Of a stretch of 64,000 nucleotides of DNA, positions 24,767 through 36,428 are shown piece after piece; within the stretch, counting starts at the first letter, position 1; each line of letters begins with the position of its first letter. Below the pieces are notes generated by a model. The model was not told the origin of the DNA, searched no databases, and saw nothing but the letters and a program-made list of their open reading frames with translations. Origin of the DNA: Amoebophrya sp. A120 (taxonomy: Eukaryota; Protista; Dinoflagellata); contig CAJINV010000004.1 in NCBI GenBank assembly GCA_905178155.1, forward strand, positions 5,410,535 to 5,474,534. Direction: 5' to 3'. The position numbers and the translations under genes were made by a program.

Positions 24767-27700
24767 TTACTCACGACCCTGCGCCTTCCCCTGCTTGATG
24801 TTGTTTCCGCCGTCCTTTTGATTGATGAGAGAGGCCGGGAGAAAGCGAAGAGACGGTTTTGCTTGCTTTGTTTTCCCCGGCGCACCGTAGTTCTCCCTGT
24901 CCTCAGCCACCACGTGGTGGTCCTCGCCCAGATCTGTCTTCTGTCCCGCCGAGGCGGTTTTGTTCTTCGAAGCGGCTGCTCGGGCCTTTTTCCCGCCCTT
25001 CCTTGAAGAAGATGTTGAGGCAGTTTCCTTCCTTTCCTCCGCTGTGGTTTTCATTTTGATAATATCAATAGCCACTTCTTCACCTGCTGCCCCCTCGCTG
25101 GTCCTCTCATCCATGATCGCCCCACGACCCGCAGCTTCGGCGCCGCTGGTGACCGGTGCTTTTTCATCATCCGACAAGAAGGAAACAGCTTCTTCGTGGA
25201 GGTCGTTGCTCTGCTTACCGTTCTTGCCCTTCGTCTTCTTCTGTACCACAGAGCCAGCACGAGAAGCTCGCGAGGAACGTGTGGTGGAGGACTGGGACTG
25301 TAGTTTATCTCTGTCTTTATCTTTATTTCCTACTGGAGACGAGGATTGTACGACCACTTCCTCTGCACAACTGTCACCCAGACTCTCCTCAACCTCTGCC
25401 TCGTCGTTGTCAACAAGTGGAATCGGCCGTAACATGTTCGAAAATTGTTCACCAGGCCGCCCTCGGGGTGGAGTAGAAGAGGCCGACGCGGCCGATTCTT
25501 GTGCGGCCGCAAAGCCACTGCTATAATTCAAGTTGCTACCCAGCAGCTGCCCGGATGGAGACGATGTAGATGCCGACAACTCTCGTCCTCCTGTTTTACA
25601 ACTTTTTCTAGCGGTTTTTTGTTGTACCAGTTCTACTTCGGCTGCTGGGGCTAAAAGGTCGTCGTCGTCCTCGTGGTCGCTTTGGCTTTCGCTAGAATCT
25701 TTATCGTCACAATTATTTTGTTCACTATCTTCCTTATCCATCACAGCCGCCACACTCTCCTCCATCTTCAACGCCGGCAGAGGTTTAGTGGCAGTAGTAG
25801 TAGTATTTCCATAAAAACTTCTTCCCCCGCCTCTCCAACCCCACCCCGCCTTCATTTCCTCAATCCGGGTGTCCTCGCGCCCCTGCCAGCCACTCCCGGT
25901 CGCCTTCCAGAGTTCCTGGTACCCCTCCCGCAACTCCGCACCCAAGGTCCGCGGGCGCGGCAGCCCGCGGCGGTCGAATTCCATCTGGAGCTGCATTTCC
26001 CGGTCCCACCCGAGCACATCCGCCTTGGATTTTCGTTTATTGGTACTTCTAGCAGTTTCGCTTGCTTCTTCCTTGGTGTACCGGCTTTTTTGCACTTTTT
26101 TCGGGCGGAGCAACTTCCCCGTCTTCTCGTCGACAATTTCAAAGCTGTTTTTGTCCGCATCCACCACCAAATCCGCCCCGTACCGCAGCTCGCTGTTCCG
26201 CACGTCCACGTACCGCGCCCAGTAGCCGTCGTCATGCTCCACGCTGCTGTTTTTGTACTGCCGCACCCGCCCGCGCGTGCCGCTGGTCCACATGCTTCGG
26301 TAGCCGTAGGTGAACGCGGACACCTGGACGCACCGGTCCTGCAGGTACACCCGCCGCCACAGCGGGGCCGCGCGCGTGCGGAACCCGGCCGTGTCGCGGT
26401 GGAAGTACTCCGCCAGGGTTTGGAAGGTTTTCTCGTCCAGCGTGATCGGACAAATGTAGTGGTTGTAGAAACGCCGCTTGTTCGGCAGCCAGTGCTCCAG
26501 GTTCGCGTGTTGGTCCAGTAGCGCGTATTTGGACCGCTTAGAAACAACCACTTTGTCGCGAAAGAAGTTCTTCTGGCTGTAGAAAAACGCGACGAGAAGG
26601 TAAAAGGCGGAGAGCCGCAGGTCGATTTCGAAGATGAATGCGTGGTCTTTATTTATTTTCGTGTGGTTTTTACTTTTAGTACCTTCGACAACTCCTGATG
26701 ATGCTGTACAGGGTGTGGAGGAGGTCGCGGTTGCCGTCGTGGTCCTCGTGAAACAGGATTCCGGCAGCAGCGCCGCCAGATCCGGCCGCAGGGAATGATT
26801 GGAACAAGCAGCTGGTCCTCGCTTCTGTCCCGGTAGTTTCGAGCAGGAGCTCGTCGAACTTGATGCTGAGCCAGAAGTAGAAGCAGCTGTAGAAGATTTT
26901 CCCAGAACTCCATCAGCCGTGGTCATCCAGTCCTCAGTGTTCATCTTCCTCTTTTCCTCCTTTTCTACCGCAAGAAGTTCCGCGACTTGCTCCAGCCGCT
27001 GTCTTTCCACCAGTACGTTCCGCTGGCCCCGCACGAAGGGGAGGAGAATGGAAATCAAAAACTCCCACACCTCCTGGTACACCTCCCCCCGCCTGCGGTC
27101 GATGGACGCCACGACGCTCGCGCCGGACCGCTGGAAAAACCGCTTGAAGTGCGGCCAGGAACGGGGCGTATTCAGGAGCTCGGGCGCGGCTGCTCCGGAC
27201 GAATCCTCTTCTAACAGCGGGTACTTGTGTCGTGGTTTATTTTTGCCGGTGGAGGGGGCACTTGTCGTGTCTTGTTCTGCAAGAAGTTGTTCTTCTTCCT
27301 CTTCGCTTGACTCCATTATGTTCTGCATCATTTCGGGTACGACCTCCAGCGGAGGAACAATATTCTTCCCGTCGCCACCGCTACCCAAAAGGGAAGAAGA
27401 GGATGAATTTCCACCGCCCGAGTCTCCTTGTACACGACCTCCTCCGCGCTCTCTTTTCTCTACTTCCTCCTCCCTTTCTTTCTCCAAACCCAGCACCTCC
27501 GCCTCGTACGCGAGCAGCACGAAAACTATGTCGTCGTAGAAGGAAATGCCGCGTTGCTGGGCGATGACCAGGGGCTCCATGACGTGGTGCCCGGTGGCCC
27601 GGTTCGGGTCGTGCGTTTGGTGGTACTTGACCAAAAGCTCCGCCAACGGCGCCGGCTTCCACCCGTGGTCCGGTTTCAGGAGCGTGTAGTAGGCACGCAG

Positions 27701-28813
27701 CCACCGGTCAAACAGGTCCAGCTATCAAAATGAAAAATCCCTCCTCCCCATATTGAAACGGAAACTTCTGTTGCTGGATTTGTGTACACAAATCAGCCCT
27801 GTCTTGCAGCGAGGCACTACAGGCAAAGCCTCAGCCTGCGTAGGGGTGTTTTGTTGTAGGCTCTTGGCATCAGAGAGGCCTGCCATGTAGGTGAAACGGC
27901 ATTACAAATCGCCTCCATAAGGCGGCGGATTCTTTGGGTTTGCCTTCTTGCAAGACAGATGTGATCTGTGACCTCAAATCCGCAACACAAATTTTTGGAA
28001 ACATTCTTTTTCGATATGGGGAGGGGGGATTTTTCCTCTCGATACCAGCTGCTTGTTCTCCCCCAGGGGGTCTTCCAGGTCAAAGTCGTCCGAGGAACCG
28101 GAATCGGACCTTTCCTCGTCCGCGATAGGCAGGAGGTGAGCATTGGTCGTATGATGCTCTACTCCGTTGAAAGAATCCTTCCTCTCAAGATGAACTACAG
28201 GATCCACTACAACTCGGTTGTCCTCTTTTTTACCGGCGAGGACTTTTTGCTTTTGTCCTTTCATCACCTTCGCTTGTTTATTCCCTTTCGCCTTGGCCGC
28301 GCTGGCCTGCTTCTTCACGTCGCCCTTGGATGATTTTTTTGGAACAGCTTTGGAGGGGGCGACCTTCTTTATCTTTTCAACATCTTCATCTGCGGGTAAA
28401 AACACTTCTGCATCATCTTCCGGCACTTTTTGTTCATCGCCAGCAACCTTTTGTTTCTTCGAGTGATTTTTGCTGTTGTCGCTCAAAGGAGCTGCAGCAC
28501 TACAACTACTTCGCCTTCTTTTAGTACTATTTTTTCCGGTTTTTTTGTTCGCTAGTAGTGCAAGAACTTTATCATCTTCTGCGACCGGCGCGACTTCATT
28601 GTTCTCTTCTTCGGCATGCCCCTCCTCCAACTCCGTCTCGGCATCGTGGCTGGGCTCATTCGTGCCTGCCTCGATGCAACCGTATGATTTTTCCCCATTT
28701 GCCTGTAGTAAAGATGCTGCATGCTGTTCTTGCTGAGAGGAGTGCCACTGCTCTTCTTCAAAAGCCACCTGCTGGTCCGTCCCTAGCTGCTGTACATTTC
28801 CTTTGGCTGTCAT
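24767..28813 (-). CDS. SNAPC1 (SNAP43)-like snRNA-activating complex subunit with long low-complexity extensions; 2 exons
   Basis: ORF 27974-28813 joins ORF 24767-27646 in frame across introner 27723-28044. WPHFKRFF...RLSAFYLLVAFFYSQ...PITLDEKTF resembles the SNAPC1 pattern F..F...W / Rv.aLYLLY.lY.tQ...I.v. Confidence 0.5.
27723..28044. mobile_element. Introner
   Basis: TIR tatcaaaatgaaaaatccctcctccccatat / atatggggagggggatttttcctctcgata; perfect TSD ccagc. Confidence 0.9.
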
Positions 28814-29651
28814 TGTTCACACAAGATATACTGAGAGAGAGGTCTACTTTGGTACTTGTACTATGACTGGTATCACTCTAAAGATCTGCTCTGGTATCCT
28901 TCTACCATGGCCGGGTGCGTCAATATCATCTTCATCTGCTAAAAATCTTTACTTTTTTTTACTTTTTACTGGACTGACTTTCTGTTTCACATTCATTTGT
29001 GGCTTTTTTTAGGAAACAAGCGGACAAATTTGAGAAGAAACGAGAAACCAAAATTTTTTCCTCTGTGAAATTTTTATATCGATCAATTTATTGCGTATCA
29101 TATTAGAACCGCATCCTTGCTATTCCTACCCCGTTTCACTGAATTATCTCGTGGCTCCGCACAATTCTTGATCTTTGGGCTTCAGGGGACACACAACAGA
29201 TCTTCGCGAATGATCGCTAACTTTTGTCGACGCAGAGTCGCGACAGAGGTTACAGGATCTTCCTTTTCTTCGTCTCAAGGCGATAGAACGCGATTTTGAT
29301 CTATCAGGGATCTTCGGTTCTCTTCTGTTGCTTCATCGGACGAAAATAGCCACGACTACATGATGATTATGGATCAACACGAGGTCAGCGCCCTAGATAC
29401 ATGATCGCAAGCTACAGCTACACAGCAGTAGTTTCATCTGCCGAGATGGAACTTGTTTGATGTTCTTGCTCATTTTACAGAAACACTTTTGCGCTAAAGC
29501 CCCGGAAGAATTAGAAGACTCTCCGCGGACGTCTTGCTAAACGTCGAATTTACAGATGTACATTCGCTAAGAGCGACACCGAAACTCTTCCCCGACATCA
29601 AACGATATGCTGCACCCCGCTCCTCGACAAGAGCCGCAGCCGCCTTCTCCT

Positions 29652-32600
29652 CTACCACGGCCCGTAGCAGTCGAGGAGCTCGGCCTTGGTGCGCACATCC
29701 GGGTTGTTCTCCCCGGCCACGGTGACACGGATGTCTTCCAGGCTGGTTCGCTGCCGGTTACCCGCGACCGCGGTCGCCAGTGCGGTGGCCCCGGCGCGCG
29801 TGATAAACACGTGGTCCGCCAAATCTAAAAACGTCAAGCTCGTGTTCTGCTTGAGCACCCGCGCCAGCGCGAAACACCCCTGGTCCGTAATGCCCCGGCC
29901 GGGAGGCCGCTTGTTGGTCGCCCTGCCCGCCGCGTTCCACTCCGACCCCGCCGAGGTGCCGAGCAGTGACACGTATTGCAGGTTCAGCTTTTCCGCCTTC
30001 AGTAGTGCGAACGCCAGGCTCTGGACCCCGTCGTCAGAGAAAGCGTTCTGGCCAAGCGAGAGGGACTTCAGCGCTACGCCGTTTTGGGCCAGGGCGACCG
30101 CAAGAAATGCGAGTCCAAGATCCCCGATGCGGTTGCCGGCCAGCGAGACCGTTTGCAGGACCGAGGTCGGCAGGAAACACGCGAGCGTCTTCGCAAAAGT
30201 GTCGGTCGGGTATGACAGAGTGGGAGAAAAGTTTAAATTAACGTGCTGCGAGCACATCAGGGCACGAAAAATTTATGCACATTTATTTCAGTCGCGTACT
30301 ACTTGACTAGTAAATGGAAAAATCAAATCACAGAAGATCATCTCGCCTGCTCCTCCACTATACCGTATGAATACTCGACAACATCAATGAATAAAATGCT
30401 AGTAGTACAAGAGTCTCTAGGTGGTCTGCGCCGCGAAAGATTCGAAAATGTTCAGCCGCTGTGCTCGCAGAGAAAATTCAAGAAATTCTATTTCCGTCTG
30501 ATACCAACCCTTTTGTATTCAGCGCCAGGGCCTGCAACGACGAGAGGTTGTGCGCGAGAAATTTGGCGAAATGTCGTGTGTCTGCGGACATAAGCGCGAC
30601 GCTGTGCCTCGTTTCCGTACATGCGATGCTAAGCTGCGTGAACAGGTCTTCTAGCTCCTGCCTCGACCCGTAAAAAGATGAACTGGCACTACTATGTTCC
30701 TCCTCGGTTGTTTTTGTTGTGCTATCGAGTACCCCATCGCCCTCCAGAATCACCGTGTCCAGAGAGTCGTGCATGCTCAGGATTTGTAGCAGCTGCCCAC
30801 TGCACTCGCCGTGCGCCCACAGAAGGCTGGTCAGCTTGTGACGGTGTTCAAACGCGCGGGCGTGCGAAAACTGCTCCAGCACGCGCATATGCATTGCAAA
30901 AGCATGACCATCTTCTTCGCACGACGTACTTATAAACCAAAATCGCATGACAATCTTTAAAAAAAAAAAAAAATGCAATTTGTAATGCTGTCTTCCCTTA
31001 CCTCATAGATTTGTCATGCAACACTGCGATGAGTTATACGAGTATACGATACTTTTGCAATACATAGCGCAGACTCTCTTCAAAGCCGTGGTGTTCGAAC
31101 ACACGAACGGTGTACTCGCCTATGCTGTGAAAAAACGTCCCAATCCAAGACTTGTCATGCGAATCTGCAAGCCTAGAATGAATGTCTCTCATGCGCACCA
31201 GCCCCATGAGGACCATTCCCTAGTGCTATCTTTGAGTTTGTCATGCTGGAATCAGGATAGGGTGGTCCATTTGTCATGCGGTTTTACTAGCCAAACAGGA
31301 CAACTACAACACGAGCTCAAGCTTGTCATGCTCGACAGGCAAAACTTGTGGCTTTGTGTAGCAGATTCCCCATCTACTTGACTATGGAATCGTGGAGACA
31401 TTTTTACTTTAGGATATCGCCACCGCTTTCGTAGTGGGTTTTCACGGTTTCTAGTAGCTTCGACACCTGCGCGCTGCGTTCGGGGAACTGCTTGATCACG
31501 AAGAAATTGGGGCTGGCGTTGGAGTTGTTGTGCACCGCACCCTCTTCCTCGACACCCTGCCGCGGCGAGGCTTTGGCTTGTCGCCGCCCCATATGTTGTT
31601 GAGGAGCATCTTCCCCGCGGGGCGTGGTGGCGGCTGAGGAGATATCATCGGGCCGCGGCTCCGAGTAAGATAAATCGTCCTCCTCTGTTGAGCCTGGTCT
31701 CCTCTGCTGCTCAAAGAAAAAACCCACGGGCGCGTCGTTCTCCGCATCGGGCTCGCTATAATTTCTTATGCGAGTATCATCCTCGTCAGGCCGCGACAAG
31801 GTGGTCGGCACAGGCACATCAATCTTCGCCTCCCGCCCGGCGCTCCCTGATGTTATTATCCCCGTCCTCCTGTCGCCGAAAGTACAACTAGAGGGCAACA
31901 TCTTCAACCTTGTGCAGTTGAACCGGTTTAGAGAGATAAACGACTTCTGTTGCTGCAAGTCGACGTTTATAATTCCGTCTTCATCTTGATCTTCATCCCG
32001 ATGAGTATTTTTTGTGTTCTTGCCGCCGATCGCTTCCACTTCGCCCTCCTCGTTCATCGCATTTTTCGCAGGAGATGACGTCCTCCTCGTAGAAACATCC
32101 GTCGGCAGAACCAGATCCACCCGCCAGTTGCCGGTAAGATACGTGGAATTTTGAAGGAAGGTGGAGACCACGCCAGCCGACGAGGATGAAGACGCACCTA
32201 TTGCTCCCAGTTCGCCGCCCGCCCCTCTGGCGGTGTTGGTCATTCTTGTTGTGCCCAAACCCTCTGGCGAAAAATGCGACCGAACGAGCGAGCTTTGATG
32301 ATGTTGATCCGTATTAATTACATCACCAAAAGAACCGGCAAACCACCCGATCTGCTCCTGTCGCTTGGCATTCCATTCCGCCAGAAGCCAGGCTTTCAGC
32401 TTGCCGACATCTATAACCCCCTTCGGTTCTGCTTGGTCGTGTTTGGTGTCGGTTTCTGTGTTTTCCTCCAACATCTCCTTCCTTTTTTTCGCAGCACCGC
32501 TCGCTTTGTTGGAACAAGGAGCCTCCTCTTTTACCGAACCAACACCAAATCCCTCAGGGACGAGAAAGCGCTCCACGTTTTCTACACGCAACACTTCCCC

Positions 32601-32975
32601 GTTCAGTGAGTAGAAATCCAGAACTACTTTATTACCATTTCCGCTCCCAAAATTGCCTGTTGCAGTGTTGTGCCGACCATCTTCGGTGCTCCAACCGTGC
32701 TGTTCCTCCGACGCAGCTGGGCCTTGTTTATTGTCAGACGGAAGGGCAGGCTCTGATGTCATCAACCTCGCGCCTTTATTCAGATCGTGAGAGAACAATC
32801 TTCGCTCCACGGTCTCGCTCCACTTGATCGCGCCGTAGTTCCTGCGGTCACCACGGAGGACGGAATGCGCACCAGAGCCGGAGAACGCAGAGCCGCACAC
32901 GCCACCACAGACGAAGTGCACGAGCTGCGCCAAAGACGAAAAGAGCTTGCCGTTAGCGCCATCCAGGATGTCCAT
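29652..32975 (-). CDS. RNI-like leucine-rich repeat protein; 4 exons
   Basis: LQTVSLAGNRIGDLGLAFLAVAL, LKSLSLGQNAFSDDGVQSLA, NTSLTFLDL; the frame is restored by removing introners 31121-31416, 30888-31066 and 30211-30503. Confidence 0.8.
30211..30503. mobile_element. Introner, degenerate
   Basis: tatg...gata ends; removal joins KGL to PTDTFAK; TSD diverged. Confidence 0.6.
30888..31066. mobile_element. Introner
   Basis: TIR tatgcattgcaaaag / cttttgcaatacata; perfect TSD gcgca. Confidence 0.9.
31121..31416. mobile_element. Introner, family B-like
   Basis: tatgctgtgaaaaaacgtc / gacatttttactttaggata; perfect TSD tcgcc. Confidence 0.85.
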
Positions 32976-34050
32976 CTCGAAATTTGTATATGCGAGGGAA
33001 AGAGGTGGACTTTTCGGCGAGTGTGCCGTTTAGGTGTGTGGGTGGGTGGGCAGAGGGGTAGATGTGAAATCAATGAATCTTGGTTTGGCCGATGTACTTG
33101 ATGTAAGAAGTACAACCATCGTCAACAAGCAAATCCAGACGTGTGCGTCAAAAATCTGAAAGACGAAAATAGCGATGAAGCACTGCTCTTCACGACTGGA
33201 TCAGTTCCTCAAAGGGGGCCTATTATATCGAAAAGCTTCCGGGTCGCTGGGCTATGCGTCTGTACCAGCGAAGGTAGTAGCGATCAAGTACGAGGTGAGC
33301 GGGGTAAACGACCGTGGAAAGGGGTAGTAGAGTACTGGAAACGACATGAAAAGATCTGGCTCAACCACATCTTGAAGTAGGCCCGAGGTTTAGCACTCAT
33401 CGTCATCGTCATCTTCTTAGTAGCATAATTGTGTCCTAAATCAATAGTCTGTCATAGAAAAGACCGAGCCGCTTGCACATCGTCGATTTCGATGTGTCAC
33501 AAGAATAAAGCTGCTGAACAAATAAATGCGCATTGTGGAGCCGCCACAAAACTACTCGTGTTTCGTATCTTCTGCCACTCAGTCCATCGTTTCGAGTGAG
33601 GACAGAGTGAACGCACCCAGTCTGCTAGCAGTGAATCTCGACAACTTCTCAACTCCAAGCGCCCAAACATCCTTGGGGGGCCTGCAATCAGGATCAACAG
33701 ATCCTGCTCGGAACAACTCCTCTGATGAATAAGAAAGCGTCATCGCGGCCGAGTTTCGAACTCGTGTTTCTTTATCATGCACCTTCAAGGAGCAGGAGGT
33801 GCAGCAGCTTTTCTTGATCTCCCAGGAAGACCATGGTGCCTTTGTGTAGTAGGAAGGCGGGACGACCCCAGGGGCAACATCAACTACTTCACCTTAGGCG
33901 TAGTGCATTCTTCAACGTCGCTGTTCTTCAAACATCCTCCTTCTTCCTCACTGATGACACCGAACTTCGCGCACGAACATAGGGATGTCGTAGATGTAAA
34001 ATCAAATCCAAAACTCAACCACTCTATTTTTTGCTGCTTTTCCGTAAGTG

Positions 34051-34097
<47 letters not shown>
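34051..34097. repeat. (CAT)n microsatellite
   Basis: About 15 perfect CAT units. Confidence 0.95.
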
Positions 34098-34136
34098 ACG
34101 CGCTAGCCGGGACTTTTGTTCAGAAGTGCAACTTAT

Positions 34137-35492
34137 TCAAACTGCACGATACATATCCCTCGTGTCGCAGCTCTTTGGAAAGCGCATCCCCCTCGAAAAC
34201 TGCTTATTTTCTCTCCAGCACTCAGGAGTGCCAGCAAACATCTTCCGCGCGTCCGCGACCTTCTTGACGTTCCACCGAAGGGGATCTATCGGCGCGAACG
34301 ACTTGCAGTAGTAAAACATGTGGTTCATCGATTTCGCGGAGCGCGTATCCCATGACCCCAACGGCTGGTTAAACTTCCCGCAGGCGTAGAAGGCTTCGGT
34401 GAAGTCTTCCACGGAGGAGACGTCCCATGCGGTCACGTCGCCATTGAAAGCGCGACAATAGCGGAAAATGCGGCTCATGTCCAACACTCCTGCCGTGTTC
34501 CAGCTCGTGATGTCAAAGTCCTGGAGCACAGCTTCAATCCACTCAAAATTACGCGGGAGCCTCGGCTCGCCAACCCCGTAATAGTGCGGGCAGAATAGTG
34601 CGCGCAGACTCTCCACGCCCGAAACGTCCCAAGCGCCCATCGGTCCGAATTCACGAAGAACTCTTCGTTTTTCCGTACGTGCCTGGGCGAGCGTCCAGTC
34701 CCGGATACGCGGCGACGGTGGGTCGGTACGGTATTCCACGTACTCCGACCAACAGCACCTGGCAAACCATGCCTCACCTTCCTCCTTTTCCCGGGCGTAC
34801 TCACTCCCCTCTCCGTGGTCAGAATACGACAGCTTATCGTTACGCCAGCACGCCTCGAATGCGTCCCAGTGGAAATTCGCGGCCATGGTAAAGATTGCGT
34901 CCGACAGCGTCTCTCTGTCCTCGAACCGCTTGTATACCGGGTCGAAAAATTTGATCCCTCCCGAGCCGTCGTACCGTGCACGAGCGGGGCTGCAAGGGGA
35001 CTGATCCTCAACGGAGTCGCGCGCCGGGCTGCTGTCGTCTTCCTGGCCATCGCGCGTTTCGGTCTCCGCGACTTCTGCGGCGTCCTGCCCCGCGTCCGCC
35101 ATTTCCGCGAGAAAGTGGTCGAGATCGATGTCGAAGCTGTCTGGGTCTTCTACGGTAAGTTGCACCAGACCCGCTCCGATCGCCGGCTCTTCGCGCTGCT
35201 GGTCGTGCCTGCTGCAGGAACGCACCTTCTCAGCGATTTCGGAAGAAGCATCCACGAAAAGCTCAATCCGTTGCCAGGGTTGCCAGCGACTGCCGTTTGC
35301 CGTCTTCAGCGCCTGCGCCACCGCCATCTTGATATCAACAAGCGTGACCTGGCGGGAGCACTGATCATACCAGAATTCGTGGCGCCAGGGGAACTCGAGT
35401 TTCAACTCATTTCCGGAGGCAAGGTTCGCCACTGTTACCGCGGGTTGCTTTGCGCACCATTCCTGAATTTTCTTCTGCTCTGCGGACATCAT
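34137..35492 (-). CDS. DUF285 (PF03382)-repeat protein
   Basis: WDVSGVESLRALF, WNTAGVLDMSRIF..C..FNGDVTAWDVSSVEDF..AF, FNQPLGSWDTRSAKSMNHMF. Confidence 0.85.
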   Translation of the reverse strand: MMSAEQKKIQEWCAKQPAVTVANLASGNELKLEFPWRHEFWYDQCSRQVTLVDIKMAVAQALKTANGSRWQPWQRIELFVDASSEIAEKVRSCSRHDQQREEPAIGAGLVQLTVEDPDSFDIDLDHFLAEMADAGQDAAEVAETETRDGQEDDSSPARDSVEDQSPCSPARARYDGSGGIKFFDPVYKRFEDRETLSDAIFTMAANFHWDAFEACWRNDKLSYSDHGEGSEYAREKEEGEAWFARCCWSEYVEYRTDPPSPRIRDWTLAQARTEKRRVLREFGPMGAWDVSGVESLRALFCPHYYGVGEPRLPRNFEWIEAVLQDFDITSWNTAGVLDMSRIFRYCRAFNGDVTAWDVSSVEDFTEAFYACGKFNQPLGSWDTRSAKSMNHMFYYCKSFAPIDPLRWNVKKVADARKMFAGTPECWRENKQFSRGMRFPKSCDTRDMYRAV

Positions 35493-36428
35493 ACCAAACC
35501 TAGTAACTTCGTGCTCTCTATTCCAATGCAGACTACTTTATTCAACTTTGTGTCTCGTAACTTTTCATTACCACTTCTTGCAAGACGAAATGTGGAAGCA
35601 AAGGCTGCGAGCCAATCACTACGACTAGCACAGCGACTCTTCCAGCACGAATCCCGACAGCTTCTTTATTGCCTCTCGAAATTGTGTCCCTCTGCACTTT
35701 TCGATTCTCGCAGACGAATGTTTCTCGCATAGCAGTAAGGCTTTCCTAGATGTGCACAATCATAATAGTGTGGTAAGAATAAACGCATGTGTCGACTCGC
35801 GCGAAAAAAGTGATCTGCAGCCGGGCTCCCACCAATCGAAACGAACGAGAACACCTGCACTCCAGCTGTCAAAAGAATAGCAAATACGACTGTCTTTCGA
35901 AATAACGGTGGATCTTTTAAGAACTAAGAGCAAAGCTATTTATTGTCCTTCGCAGCAGAATAGCAAAATCCTGTTTCCACAAGGACAACTTGCTGCCTCA
36001 GAATTTCATCTCATGATAACACAGTATCTCTTTCTTTCTGTTTTCAAACCAAAGGACTAGGACTTTCAGATAACTCTCTCGTCAAGGGTCGTAAGACAAA
36101 CAAGAAGTGTTGGTGTAAGAGAGAGTGCTTAAATCCGCTGCAAACGCCTTGCAGTACTGAAAAACCCAGTACCCGATAGATCCTGTTGAGAACCGGATCA
36201 CCAGGCAAAGATTTTCCGTGGAGCGCGCTGCTTTGCTGAACTGTCTGACTGCGTGGTAATTTTCGTCAAACGTTCACTTCTCATTTTTGTGAACGAGAGT
36301 AAATCTGTGTAGCAAGCACTCCCAACTACATCGTGAAAAGCTCAGAAGCAAAAGTAAAAAGAAAAAGTCGGTGAGTCAAAAATCTCGCTCTTGAACTTCT
36401 AGGGGAGATGTTGACTGTGCCACACCTC

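Noticed and set aside
34031-34311. Poly-His, poly-Ile and poly-Ser ORFs
   Set aside because: Translations of the (CAT)n microsatellite
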